DNA of 45,373 nucleotides from Priapulus caudatus (Eukaryota): assembly GCF_000485595.1 (NCBI RefSeq), contig NW_014577066.1, positions 930,575 through 975,947 on the forward strand, read 5' to 3'. The first letter of the stretch is position 1. The number at the start of each line of letters is the position of its first letter. Position numbers and translations under genes: made by a program. Positions 1 to 12,382 of the stretch are shown here, piece by piece. The notes under the pieces are model-generated. The model saw only the letters and a program-made list of their open reading frames with translations. It did no database searches and had not been told where the DNA came from.

Positions 1-55
<55 letters not shown>
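1..55. repeat. (AG)n microsatellite
   Basis: Directly visible. Confidence 0.98.
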
Positions 56-58
<3 letters not shown>

Positions 59-1018
59 CTACCGTCATTGTGAGTGAGTGCCATCGTCGTGCTTCCGCGA
101 TGCGCCGCCGTCCGTGATTAACGACTTGCAAGCCAGAAGCGACTACGACCGTGAACGACCACACCAGCGACGCAGCAGCGACGCAGCGACGCACAGCGCA
201 TGCGTAGTCGAAACACGTCGCTCGCTCGTTTCATATTTCGAGTTTGCTCGTCTCTTTGAGACGAATTGGTATTACATTTATACGCATGTAGCGAAACCCC
301 TACTTATCTATGTGACGAGATATCGAATCATCTGCCTAACATTGTATTCGAGACGTAGATTTCGTTTCACAAAGCACCGACGCGACAAAACACAGTATCG
401 AGGCTTGCTGGGCTACCGCCGACGTGACCGTATATTGACCGCGCGAGCACGGGTTCCTGCATGACCACACGGGCCGACGATAAAAGACCGGACAGCACGG
501 ACGGAGGAAAGAAAAGCGAAAGTGCTTTTCACCCACCTCCCCGCTTCCCCGGTTTCGCGTTCGTTCACTTCCGTCGTCGCCGCACCAGCGACTGTTGTTA
601 CTCTGTGATATCTCAGTGGAGCGAATAACCCACAAAGAATTCGCGCACAAAGGCCGGCCTTTGCCACAAACACAGCAGCGCGCGGTAAATAATCCGCTCT
701 CCGGGCCATAGACCGCCGCGAGAGTGGCGGTGGTGCCGCGGTCGCACGAATCTTTATCCGCCTGGACACCATAGCGGAGCGCGAAACCGAGCACCGACGA
801 TAGCTAACGGTGCGGATATGAGAGCATGTATAACCGAGAGCGCTGACGCGGTTGCTGCAGACTTAGGCCGTAAGCAGAGAATGCGAGATTTCTGCTGGCG
901 TGATAACAACGGGCCGCGCGCAAATTGACTATGTAACTCGACCGAAATGCTGCGACAGTGCCGATTGTAGATTTATACGAATCTATGGTAACTGTGCGGA
1001 ATGAGTAGAAAAGAGCAG

Positions 1019-1168
1019 CACACGCACGGACACACGCACGCGCGCACGGACACACGCACGCGCACACGGACACAAGCACGCGCGCACGGACATAAGCACG
1101 CGCGCACGGCCACACGCACGCGCACACGGACACACGCACGCGCGCACGGACACACGCACGCGCGCACG
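1019..1168. repeat. 20-bp CA/CG minisatellite (cacacgcacgcgcgcacgga) running into a gap
   Basis: About 7 visible units. Confidence 0.9.
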
Positions 1169-1267
1169 NNNNNNNNNNAACCCACCTTGATATGTAATTG
1201 ATATCGATGCACCCCCCCTTGATATCTATTTCATATCAAACCCCCCCTTGATATCTAATTTATATCA

Positions 1268-1417
1268 ATCCACCCCCCCTTTATATCTCTTTTATATCAC
1301 GATATTAATGACATTAAAGTTGGGAACGCTCCTAATGGATGGTGCTCCATTAGGAGCGTTCCCAACTTTAATGTCATTAATGTCCTGATATAAAAGAGAT
1401 ATAAAGGGGGGGTGGAT
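1268..1417. repeat. long inverted repeat, 72-bp arms with a 6-nt spacer
   Basis: 1268-1339 matches the reverse complement of 1346-1417 at 70/72; spacer tggtgc. Confidence 0.95.
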
Positions 1418-1453
1418 CGAGCACTTTTACGAGTGCAATCGACACACTGATAA

Positions 1454-1733
1454 ATTTACATAGAGACATCACATATCGAGGTTCACATAGAGATATTTAC
1501 ATAGAGACATTACATAGAGATTCACATAGAGATATTTACATAGAGACATTACATATAGAGATTCACATAGAGATATTTACATAGAGACATCACATAGAGA
1601 TTCACATAGAGATATTTACATAGAGACATTACATAGAGATTCACATAAAGATATTTACATAGAGACATATAGAGATTCACATAGAGATATTTACATAGAG
1701 ACATTACATAGAGATTCACATAGAGATATTTAC
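1454..1733. repeat. ~39-bp minisatellite built from three acatagaga subunits
   Basis: atttacatagagacattacatagagattcacatagagat about 7 times. Confidence 0.92.
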
Positions 1734-2451
1734 ATGGATGTTTGATATAAATATTAACCATGCATAGCCAGGAAACATATAGATGCTACAGATACATACG
1801 CGTAACCCACTATTTGACATCCTAGTGAGTGTCTCGCATGTCGACACACTACACATGAACTCCGCGTATGCGCTACATTGAACACACGTTGTTTGTGTTA
1901 GGTACAAATATTTAACCCGCTTCTCGTCAGTGTAACATATTTGTATCTAACAGAATCCGCATGTGTCGAATAAACCTCAGTGAAGATTGTAGTTACTCGA
2001 CATGCGATGCACTAACTGTGTGCCAAATAGTGAGAGATATCAACGAAACAGGATATAAGTGCATGGCGCGAGAACAGGTTAAACTAGCTTTTGATCAAAC
2101 GGTGGGCTTTGCCTTTCTCCGGTGCACCCCCACCCTCGCGGGATACGAGATGCAACCACTCGCACCTGAAACCATCATGAAATACAGAGCGCTCGCGTTG
2201 CCGCCCGAAAGATCACGTGCACACCAAAGTTATTGGGCTTCTTCGGGTTCAATCGGATTCATTTGGTATCATTCGAATTTATTCGGCATCATTCGGGTTG
2301 ATTCGGGTTCATTCGGTTTCATCGTACGCGGCGTCGACGGAGGGAGAGCTATAACGAGATTCATCGATATATCGGCCATAGCCGAGGAGAGAGATGCGAA
2401 AGAGACATGTGCGTACTTGACGCGAGCCTATCTACGTGGAGTCGCACCCTA

Positions 2452-2711
2452 TGCTCACATATAACAACACTGTCTATATCTGCTCACATTTAACAACACT
2501 GTCTATATCTGCTCACATATAACAACACTGTCTATATCTGCTCACATATAACAACACTGTCTATATCTGCTCACATATAACAACACTATCTATATCTGCT
2601 CACATATAACAACACTGTCTATATCTGCTCACATATAACAACACTGTCTATATCTGCTCACATATAACAACACTGTCTATATCTGCTCACATATAACAAC
2701 ACTGTCTATAT
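2452..2711. repeat. 29-bp tandem repeat, about 9 copies
   Basis: tgctcacatataacaacactgtctatatc, near-identical units. Confidence 0.95.
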
Positions 2712-3444
2712 TTGCCAACGCGTAACAACACTCTTAATATCTGCTTACACGTAACAGCGCCCCCTATATCTGCATTGTTCTTCATGTCCTTGCATAGTTA
2801 TCCTTGTCGTGCTCGCACGTGGCAACGCTCCTTATGTTTCCTAACACGTAACAACACCGTGTCTCGTGCTAATACATCAAACGAAACGAGAGCCGCTCTA
2901 ATGGTGTTATGTAAACGCAGGGAAAAGCGGCTGTCCTGGTTAATGTTCAAACAAATAAGATGCATACGGAACTGCCTGGCAATACTATCTGCTGCCATCC
3001 ATCACGCAAACATGCACAGTGTCTGTCAGACTGACTGCCGGTGATATATTAGTCAAATCTTGTCTGAGCGAGATTGCTAAATAAAATTCAAAATGCAATA
3101 TCAAGTTGGAATACGCATTACATTAGGATAGTCACTGTACACTACGCAGGCGCTTGACTTCAGGAGGAAATATATAGGTCTACTGCGCAGGAAATTCTGC
3201 TTGGTATTTGCATCTTGTATTATTTAGAATCCTAGTGTCTTCAAGGGAGCTATGTTCACTTAATGTAATAATCTGATTGATAGTTTATTGATTAATCGGG
3301 TTTGTCGATAGCAGCCAATGGGCATAGCATAGCTTTAGTAAAAGTAGCGACAGCGAACGTATAGTATATAATAGGTGAGCTATTAATGCGTGACAAAAGT
3401 TTATATCATCATCGAAAGTTAGAGTGATATGAGCTTCATCATCA

Positions 3445-3647
3445 TGCGCACACACACACGCAGGCGCACACACGCGCGTGCACACGCGCACACACGCACG
3501 CATGTACACACACCCCTGCACACGCTCACAAACACATTGCCCACACACGCTGATACCCACGCGCGCACGCACACGCGGGCATACGCTCACGCACGCGCAC
3601 ATACGTTGATACACGCACGCGCGCACACACGCACGCAACACACACCC
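3445..3647. repeat. degenerate (CA/CG) microsatellite
   Basis: Directly visible. Confidence 0.85.
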
Positions 3648-4428
3648 ATATAAGAGTACATTAAGAAGTGCGGTACAGGTGCCAAGTATTGGTTTCTGCG
3701 AGGTCATAATATAATTGAAATAAATTGCACGAACGAGTCAAACGCACGCATTGCTAATGCTAAGTATATAATTATGATTACAACAATCATGGATATCTAG
3801 CCGGTGCGCGCGATTGAAGAGCAATCGTAGAAATGAATCGCTATCTTTAAGTGTAATCACTAATCAGCTGTAATGTAAGAGTATGAATGGAAAAATAAAA
3901 ATCAGTTGAGACGGAGATTGTTCGTCGAAATAAATTATCTTTTAATATATGATGTATTGTAGACAAAGACAAAGACACGCACATGGCGTGGTTAACAAGC
4001 CTAACGACCGACGTCCATAGATCAAACTTAAGCTTGACGTTGAGCTAAACTACTACACAATAACATCTGGCGCGTCGCACTCGTTAGAAAACTAACTCAG
4101 TGCTGGTGTGCCTTGCAAGAGCTACCCAGATGCCCGTTAACAGAGAAACATTATACTATAGTACTATAAGAACTATAAGTAGATATGACATCATGAGTCT
4201 AGAATGTTATTTGGAGTGAAGTGTCGTACAAAATGTGTGACATTTTAGATGTATGATAGCTGTAACTACTTGTGATTATTCTCTACGTTGTGATATGATA
4301 CTGTCTCCGCAGGGCACCTCATTGTTCATATAAACCACAGTGCTAGCTCATCGTTAATGACAGGTAGACGCCGCAGGCTAAACTGGCCTAACTGAACGTA
4401 GGCGTTATACGCCGCATATACGTATTAT

Positions 4429-4669
4429 GAGTCGACATCCGCGTTACGAAAGAATGAGTTCCGGACCAAAAAAGCGTTCGTAACGCTAATTTCGTACGTA
4501 AATCATCCAAAAAGAAAGTGTTTGGGTGGAATTCCTTTTATTCCTTCGAAGAATTGCGTGGGAATCGAATTTCTGTTTCGTATCGTAAGTAAAGTGGTCA
4601 TACATTACAAATTACGCATGGGCGAATTAACTCTAATAAGCGAGGTTATCGTAACGCGGGGTATTACTC
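4429..4669. mobile_element. degenerate pogo/Tigger-like MITE
   Basis: Imperfect ~21-bp terminal IRs with a perfect core ccgcgttacga/tcgtaacgcgg; the superfamily is inferred. Confidence 0.5.
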
Positions 4670-5309
4670 TTCACGATCAGAAAGCGGGATGCATAAAGCG
4701 GAGAGTTCCATCTTGTATAGTATATTTTGTATATCTTGTATATATTATATATGACGTACATTGTACATTGGATCATACATCTTGGATAGTGTATATATTG
4801 CGTAGTATTTCCACAGTATATAGTGTATAATGCATTGTTGATTGTAGCGCGCGGTATGCGCGCGGCATTCTGTCACATAATAGCTGCAATTACCAGAGGA
4901 ATCTTTGCGACGTTATTACTATACGGGTACAGAACGAATTAGCGAACGTCGCATTGCAATTTGTCACGAATAATAATGGAGTAGATTACCATTTCCGAGC
5001 ATTCATGATTGATGACCTATGGCCGATGATTGATCGCCTAAACGATAGGAGAACGAAGTGTCGAGTTTTTTATTATTATTTGGAGCCAGGGCTTACGAAT
5101 ACGGTAACGTGTCGGCACATACCCCTATGATTATTGTTTCTAGCTTTCAGTGTCGCTTTCTGGAAGCGCGTGACACACAGTGGGGCTGTTGGAAAATGGT
5201 GGGTCTCCGTGTTATAGATATTGTTGTTCCTAATTTAAGAATCTCTTTTATGCTTAATTCCCGAGAGGGCAGGTGGCTGCAGAAGGATCGTGCATGTTTC
5301 CTAAAGCAG

Positions 5310-5641
5310 GAAGTCACGGGCAGAATCAACACGTTTCATGTCGTGGTCAATATCACCTTCTAGCAAGTTGTTGTCAACTATTATTTTCCTTCCTGGTACT
5401 TTCAACTCGCGATGAATATGAACTGCTTTAAAGCCGTGGTTTATCGTATAACTCCTTTCAATTCGTGTGCATCACTCAAGTCGTGGTCAATCCTAACTCC
5501 TTTCATGTAACTGTCAACCTCAACCCCTTCCAAGCCGTGGTCAATGTTAACTCCATTCATGTGGCTGTCAATGATAACGCCTTTGAAATCATGGTCAGTA
5601 ATAATACCTTTCGAGTCGTGGTCGATAATAACTTCTTGCAA
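5310..5641 (-). repeat. degenerate 30-nt tandem repeat (decapeptide KGVxIDHDx when translated)
   Basis: The motif gtggtcaat/ctgtcaat recurs every 30 nt; ORF 5441-5641 shows the periodic peptide. Confidence 0.75.
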
Positions 5642-5886
5642 TGGTAACTCATTTTAAGTCGATAACACTGTCGGTAGGCTAGTCTCGCTTGATAGCAGTA
5701 GCTATTTTATTGAACAGGCATTGACTACATTATTCTCGTCAGCTCCTCCCTAGCTCGTATGTCTGTGCGTATGCATGCTTTGCTGATAAATGTAGCTTCT
5801 ATTAATTTTATCTCTCTTCCATTTCCTTTGACGCGCATTGTTGATATGCATTCTGCATCCATGCCCACAACACGCATTATTAGCAA

Positions 5887-6156
5887 GGCCGTGGCTAAGC
5901 GTCCGGTTACCGGACGCCCAGCTCCCAGGCTACGCGTCCGATCATATATTTCTTATGTGAACCCAACTATATTTTTTCAGTAAAAAAAACAATAAACAAT
6001 AAGTTTTTACCATAATATTGCTTACCTTTATCCAAAAAAATGTGTTTTTGTAACTTTTGAAGCAATAGTAGGAAATCCAGCAAAATCAACGATTTGAAAG
6101 GGGGCGTGGCCATCTGTGCTGAGCTTTCTAATGGATGACCGGACACGTAGCCACTG
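5887..6156 (+). mobile_element. MITE, copy 1 (TIR core gtggctac..gtccggt)
   Basis: Inverted homologue at 25622-25916; ends ccgtggctaagcgtccggt / accggacacgtagccactg. Confidence 0.85.
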
Positions 6157-6356
6157 CGCACTATCAAACCTGGATTCGTCAACTACTATTGTTATATATA
6201 TATATGTAATGGAGGTCTTCTCCGTCCTCCTCATCACTCACGGGGTACACTCGGCTTGGCCGCTAGGGGGCGTGATGCTCTCAGCCAGCGCATCAATAAA
6301 CACGAGTTTTGACCGGCGCCAGATACGTCATCACGAGAGCGAAATCTACCGTACAT

Positions 6357-6358
<2 letters not shown>

Positions 6359-6396
<38 letters not shown>

Positions 6397-6445
6397 TGTG
6401 CGTGTGCGTGTGCGTGTGCGTGTGCGTGTGCGTGTGCGTGTACGT

Positions 6446-6480
<35 letters not shown>

Positions 6481-6520
6481 GTACTGTGTGTGCGCGCGCA
6501 TGTGCGCGTGAGTGTGTGTG
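6359..6520. repeat. (GT)n/(GTGCGT)n microsatellite
   Basis: Directly visible. Confidence 0.95.
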
Positions 6521-7654
6521 AGTAAGGCGAGGTGGGGGTGTAATGCAATATACGCCATGGAGCGAGACCCAATTTTCGTACAGTGGCGGCTTTATAGACC
6601 GACAAAGAACTTCACAGCGATTTTTGCCCACTGATTGCGCAAAAGTGCAAAAGTGCAAAAATGCAGCATACAACCGCGGTTCCAGTTGGCGAAACTTCAA
6701 AAGATCAGTGTGCCATGTGTCAGGCGGCACCCTATGTAACAAAGGCAAGGCAAGCGACAGAACAATGTCATCACTGGTCAGTTCACACCGCCTGGCGATG
6801 ATTGTTAAGTTTCAAGGACATTGCACTTGACTTCATATCCACCAACATCTTCTCCCATTCAGCACATGCACATGCTAGGTAGCACGGCAATTGTTAAATC
6901 CGAAAGGGTAGAATCAAAGTAGTATCTCTCACCATTAATTTTACCGATTTGTCTCGATTTTTAAACCGCCCATAAGATGTCAAACGGGTGCTTAGAAGTA
7001 AGGGAAATCCACGAAAGATGCCCGAGTTATGAGCCCTTCATAGTTTCATCATAGCCGAAGGATGCTATACTTCGAAATGAGTCGACAAACAATATTAGCA
7101 TTTGTTTAGCTATTCCAAGCCGCAGATAAAAATATACTAGGATTAGAGACTAGTGAAGGACGTACATAAATAAATTACCATAGAGCCCGCGATCATTAAA
7201 ACACTCCCAGTATGCTGCATGGAGAGACCACTAAAATTAGCAACCATTCAAAGACGCAAACGGAGAAAAATACTGAAATCAAGAACCATATTCACAACCG
7301 CGCGGAGAGATATGCTGAAATCTCGTACCATTCAGAAACTCTTCATACTACGTACAAGAGAGAACGGATTTTCAACGGTGCTAGCAATAGCAATACAAAG
7401 GCAATCAATGAAAATGGCGAACATCGGCTGACGCCACGAGATTTGAACCTCCGCGTAACACGAGAGCACTATAAATGATGCGAGATAATGCTGACTGATA
7501 TAAAGGCTTCACTTTGCTGTTGATGGTTGATGGCGACGCTTTCGTGTTTGCTACCCATGTTCACGCCACAAATAAAGAATAGCAGCATCTATTTCCGATC
7601 GAGTGAAACTATAGTGTTGTCGCACGAGCTTTCTCGTGATTTCTCCTCCGCAGC

Positions 7655-7970
7655 ATTTCTCCCCTTGTTTTTCGCTTGATCCCCCTCCCCCTCTCGTCTC
7701 ACGCTCCCTTTCTCTCCCTCTCGCTATCGCCCTCTTTCTTGCTCGCTCTCTGTCGCTCCCCCTTCTCTCTCTAACTCGATCGCAGGCTCTCTCGCTCGCT
7801 TTCTATCTCTCGTTTCGCGGGCGCGCGCGCTTTCTCTTACTCCCTTTCTCCCCCCCCCCTCTCTCTCTCTCTCTCACTCACTTTCTCGCTCTCTTTCGCT
7901 CGCTGACTTTCTCGCTCTCGCTTTCACTCATGCGCGCGCGCTCTCTCTCTCTCGTTCGTTCTCTATTTCT
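7655..7970. repeat. CT-rich degenerate microsatellite
   Basis: Directly visible. Confidence 0.85.
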
Positions 7971-8212
7971 GCCAGTCACCGGGCCATGAAGGTCCATTCC
8001 AAGGCTAGCAATTATACTCGCATCGCGCCGCAAACTGAAGGCCGCCTAGCTTCTATCAAAAGTAATACATCCGCTAACGGTCGTAAACTGCTGTGATGGT
8101 GTCCGACACTGTGTGGGAGACCAGGAGCCATCAAAGCCGCGCTACAATCGTCGTCTACAGCACAGCTTGTGAGTTGTCATCGCCTCGCAAGCGCCAGTAC
8201 TCTGAATGAGAT

Positions 8213-8254
8213 CAAGAGCGCATTAACCCCTTAAATGGGGTTAATGCGCTCTTG
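8213..8254. mobile_element. P-superfamily-like excision footprint / minimal element
   Basis: 18-bp perfect IR caagagcgcattaacccc with a 6-nt spacer, flanked by a 7-bp direct repeat ATGAGAT (8206-8212, 8255-8261). Confidence 0.7.
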
Positions 8255-8392
8255 ATGAGATGCAGCAGGAGACCTCACCATCTTATAACACATCACCATC
8301 TCATCGGTAGAAGAGCGAACGGGAGAAAATCTCACGCAAGATAAGAGCTTTACACGGTTGCAAAATTCCTGTTTCCAGCGGACTGTGCTGGA

Positions 8393-8433
<41 letters not shown>

Positions 8434-8507
8434 AATGACGACGACGATGATGATGATGATGATAATAATAATAATAGTAATAAAATATCAATAATAAAAA
8501 TAATAAT
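8393..8507. repeat. (GAT)n/(AAT)n microsatellite
   Basis: Directly visible. Confidence 0.95.
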
Positions 8508-8596
8508 ATCGCGCTGTTTTATATACAATGATATAAAATTCAATTAGTGAATTAAAACGATCCTTTACTGAAAAAACCATCGCTGTGACTCGCGAT

Positions 8597-8646
8597 CACT
8601 GATCTCTATTATACTAACTATATAGTTAGTATAATAGAGATCAGTG
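8597..8646. mobile_element. P-superfamily-like footprint, perfect 50-bp palindrome
   Basis: cactgatctctattatactaactat|atagttagtataatagagatcagtg flanked by CTCGCGAT / CTCTCGAT (7/8). Confidence 0.68.
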
Positions 8647-10134
8647 CTCTCGATACGTGTAATCAGACACTTGGCATCGGGTATCATAGAAACAATAACC
8701 ATGGCAACGAGGCCTAACATAGCTCAGCGGCAGCGTAGGCTCCCCGTCAGGTATGATATTAGCGTCACCACTGCAGCGATTATAAGCAGAAACGTATAGA
8801 ACAGTTGGATGAGTTCCAAGCCGCGGGACGGCGATTAATTGCATGTAATGTTTCGTAGGCCTACAGGTATCCGTGCTGGAAGCAGAATAGAGCGCACTGT
8901 TGAATCACGGCCCCCAGCTACTGCACACCAACATCCCGGGCGTGCGTGGGTGTGTGCTTGCGCGCTCGCGTGTGTATACGTGCGTGGACGAGTGAACTTA
9001 CGAGCGCGCGTGTATGCGAGCATGCGTGCGCACGTGCGCGCGCGCCTACGTAGGTCTGAATATTCGTCAATATTCCTTAGCATAGCAAACCAAATGCATG
9101 GCTTAGCAGGCACTAGCCCGGGTCGACAGCGCCAAGGAGTAGGAACGGCCAATAAACAAACCAACGACAGTGGGCGGACGAGTATAAAACCCTCAGCATT
9201 GAGATATCGCCTAGGCACTAGAACTCCACGCACATTATTGTTAGTTTCGCGCGCTATTGTCTGAAAATCGAGAGAACATGCTAAGACTATGAACACCGCA
9301 TAACGTGACCGACCTCTGGCCAAAAATGAGCTAGTGTGTGTCGGTATATCACGCGACGGTTTCACATACAACCTGCATGCACGTTTTCGCCGGACACCCG
9401 TCCTCGTGAAATCAAATCAAACGATCAAACTACGCAGCATGGAAGACGTTAAATCGTCGTGCGATACGGATCCTATAGTTAATCTACATCTCGTAATGCC
9501 CTCGTTGAAGTACTCGTTTATAAATGGCAGCGATTACGGACGACCTGGGCGTTACCTGGCGGCAGGCTCGTTGATCATAATTCCCGCGACTCCAAGAGCA
9601 TTTCCACGCAATATTACAGTGCTACGCTTACCAACGCCATCTCTTGTCGCACATGACTAATGGACCACTAGCTGCAGTCGCTCGCGACCGACTATCTGTG
9701 AGGCGGGGGAGGCCTGCACGCGCAACAGCGCAAACAAGGACACCCTTTATACCACGACGTCATAATATGCAGCTATTACGATACGTACGTAGTACGTGAA
9801 TAGCGTCTCGTCCGCCAGGGCCGCCGACGTGTGGTGTCGACAGGGAAACGTATTAATCATGCGACATGATGAGCCACGATTCTCATCCTTCTAAGTCACT
9901 TTAGACGGTTTCCCGTACGCGTGTAGACATCTAGTATATACGTAAAGATTTTATGTCTATGATTAGGGACATTTACAGCCGGTTGTGCAATTTTAAGTTA
10001 GTACACATTTGAGTATGTTTGTTGAACGTTTAAATGTTTTAAAGTATGAAGTACATAAAAATATTATAGATTTTGAAGTATGAAGTACTGCGACTTGCGT
10101 TGATAGAGTAACAGATTATCGTTTTTCATATTAC

Positions 10135-10240
10135 TATTATCATTGCTGTTATTTGCTGCTGGTGCTGCTGCTGGTGCTGCTGCTGGCGCTGTTGCTGACG
10201 CTGGCGCTGCTATACTGCTGCTGTTGATGTTGTTGTTATA
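10135..10240. repeat. (GCT/GTT) trinucleotide repeat
   Basis: Directly visible. Confidence 0.8.
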
Positions 10241-10663
10241 TTCGTAAGGTCGATGGTGCGCTATTGCTAGCGGCACAACCGCTTTTAAGATGCGGCTTAT
10301 TAAAGTGATATCTTTATATTTAAGCGACTATCACCAAAACATTGACGAAGCGTTTGCGAGTGTGTTAAATCTCAACCGAAACAGCAAGTCTATGTTCTCC
10401 CACCATAATAAGATATCCTATCGTCATGCCGTATTGGGCTCGAGATAACATCATCGTCTAATAAGATTATACTTACGCCTGCAGAAACAACGAGTATAAT
10501 GCTGACAGCCACTCCTGTCTAGACTCGTGAAGCGCATATAGCACTGAGAGCCAGATCTAGACATGTGAGACAGATGGTCGCGAACGAATTACGCCGAAGG
10601 AAGACAGAAATGTCGCAGAAACAAGCGATAACAACGTACGCGGCAAACATAAATGCTTACCGG

Positions 10664-11065
10664 CACACGTACGCGTGACGTTCACGTACACGTACGCGCA
10701 CACACACACACGCAGGCACATGTACGCGCACACGCACGCGCGCGCACACACGCACGCACGCACATGTGCGCGCATACGCAGGCGCGCACGCACAGACGCT
10801 CGCACGCACACCGCACATGCACACACATCTCAACTGAATGGAGTTCTGGGGGTTATCGATTGTCAATTGATCATGAAGCGAAATGTCTGGAATACAGCGA
10901 TCAGAATTTCGGACGAGAACAACGGCTTGACATCTTGTTACATCATTGTACGAGACGGTGTATGCGTGCGTGTATGTGTGTACTACGTGCGTGTATGTGT
11001 GTACTACGTGCGTGTATGTGTGTACTACGTGCGTGACTATATGCGCGTGTGTGCGCGCGCGTGTG
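10664..11065. repeat. CA/CG and GT/GC microsatellite tracts, including three 21-bp units
   Basis: Directly visible. Confidence 0.8.
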
Positions 11066-11989
11066 AGCTGTACCAACTGCAGAAAAGCAAAGGTGCTTAA
11101 GTAACTAGGAAACTGTCTACACCTGCCAAGCCGAAACGACACACCACTGAATATATCGTTAGCTGTCAATTCATCTCTTCCTACTACTCCATACGTACGT
11201 ATTCAATCGCCCCCTACCTACTAAACTACAGATGACATCTACACAGCTGCCAAGTCTCTGTCATACTCACCACCTACCCGTGATATCTACCTCCTACTTT
11301 GCTGCCAAATAATCCCGACCTGTCAAATCAACACAAGGCCAGCTACTACTCTACTGCTTTCGAAGCAAAATTTTCAGGAATATTAATACCTTTCTTCGTG
11401 TTGTCACTGAAGGTATGGAAGAGCGCAGACGACTTGTATATGACATTAGCATATACCTCCCCAGGCCGGCCGTTGCAACGGCTATATGCGCCAATTACGT
11501 TGAAGAAATTGTTCGCAAGTTATGGTTGATGGATGTTGATTCAATCAAAGCTAGTTACCAATGAGAGCTTTCAGTGTGTCATCATTATACAGCGCACATA
11601 TTGCAATTCTTCAATTCGTACGCGCTATACTGGAAATCAACACATTGTTATTACATTGACGTCTATTCACGGTCTGTGACTTTCTACAACATTGCGCCCA
11701 AAACCAGCATGGATCGTGAAGCTTCTTAGACTTCTGTATGCGCGTAGTGATCTCTCCACACTTCTTCGCCCATGTTATTTTAAAACCCGCGATTCCGAGG
11801 GTAATGCTGACTTAGCCATTGTAGAGTTTTGTTGATGACGAGATTTGGGGGTCAGAAAACCCGTAGCTATGCTCGGCTGACGCGGAGCTAATATTTGTTC
11901 TGCATTACGCGCTCGATTTTAATCAAAGTTCACCAAGTTAAGGATTAACTTGCCGTTATGTTGGGCATGAATGGTTAGACGTTCATGGT

Positions 11990-12112
11990 GGAGAGAGAGG
12001 GGGAGAGAGGGAGAAAGAGAGAGAAAGGTAGAGAAAGAGAAAGAGAGCGGGGGAGAGAAAGAATGTGAGACAGAGAGACAGACAGACACACAGACACACA
12101 CACACACACACA

Positions 12113-12168
<56 letters not shown>

Positions 12169-12258
12169 ACAACCAGAGAGAGGCGAGCAGATGAGAAGAA
12201 GAGCGAGAGGGATGCAGAGAGAGAGAGAGAGCGAGAAGAGGGAGAGAGAGGAAAAGAG

Positions 12259-12290
<32 letters not shown>

Positions 12291-12301
12291 AGAAAGAAAG
12301 A

Positions 12302-12332
<31 letters not shown>

Positions 12333-12333
12333 A

Positions 12334-12376
<43 letters not shown>

Positions 12377-12382
12377 AGAGAG
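11990..12382. repeat. compound (GA)n/(CA)n microsatellite
   Basis: Directly visible. Confidence 0.95.

Noticed and set aside
1961..2464. 167-aa plus-strand ORF
   Set aside because: No recognisable motif; includes a degenerate attcgg repeat; its length is compatible with chance.
2452..2711. 29-bp repeats as a CRISPR-like array
   Set aside because: The units are head-to-tail with no unique spacers, in a eukaryotic context with no cas genes.
7429..7455. Reverse B-box-like motif (tRNA/SINE)
   Set aside because: No A box or cloverleaf could be built.
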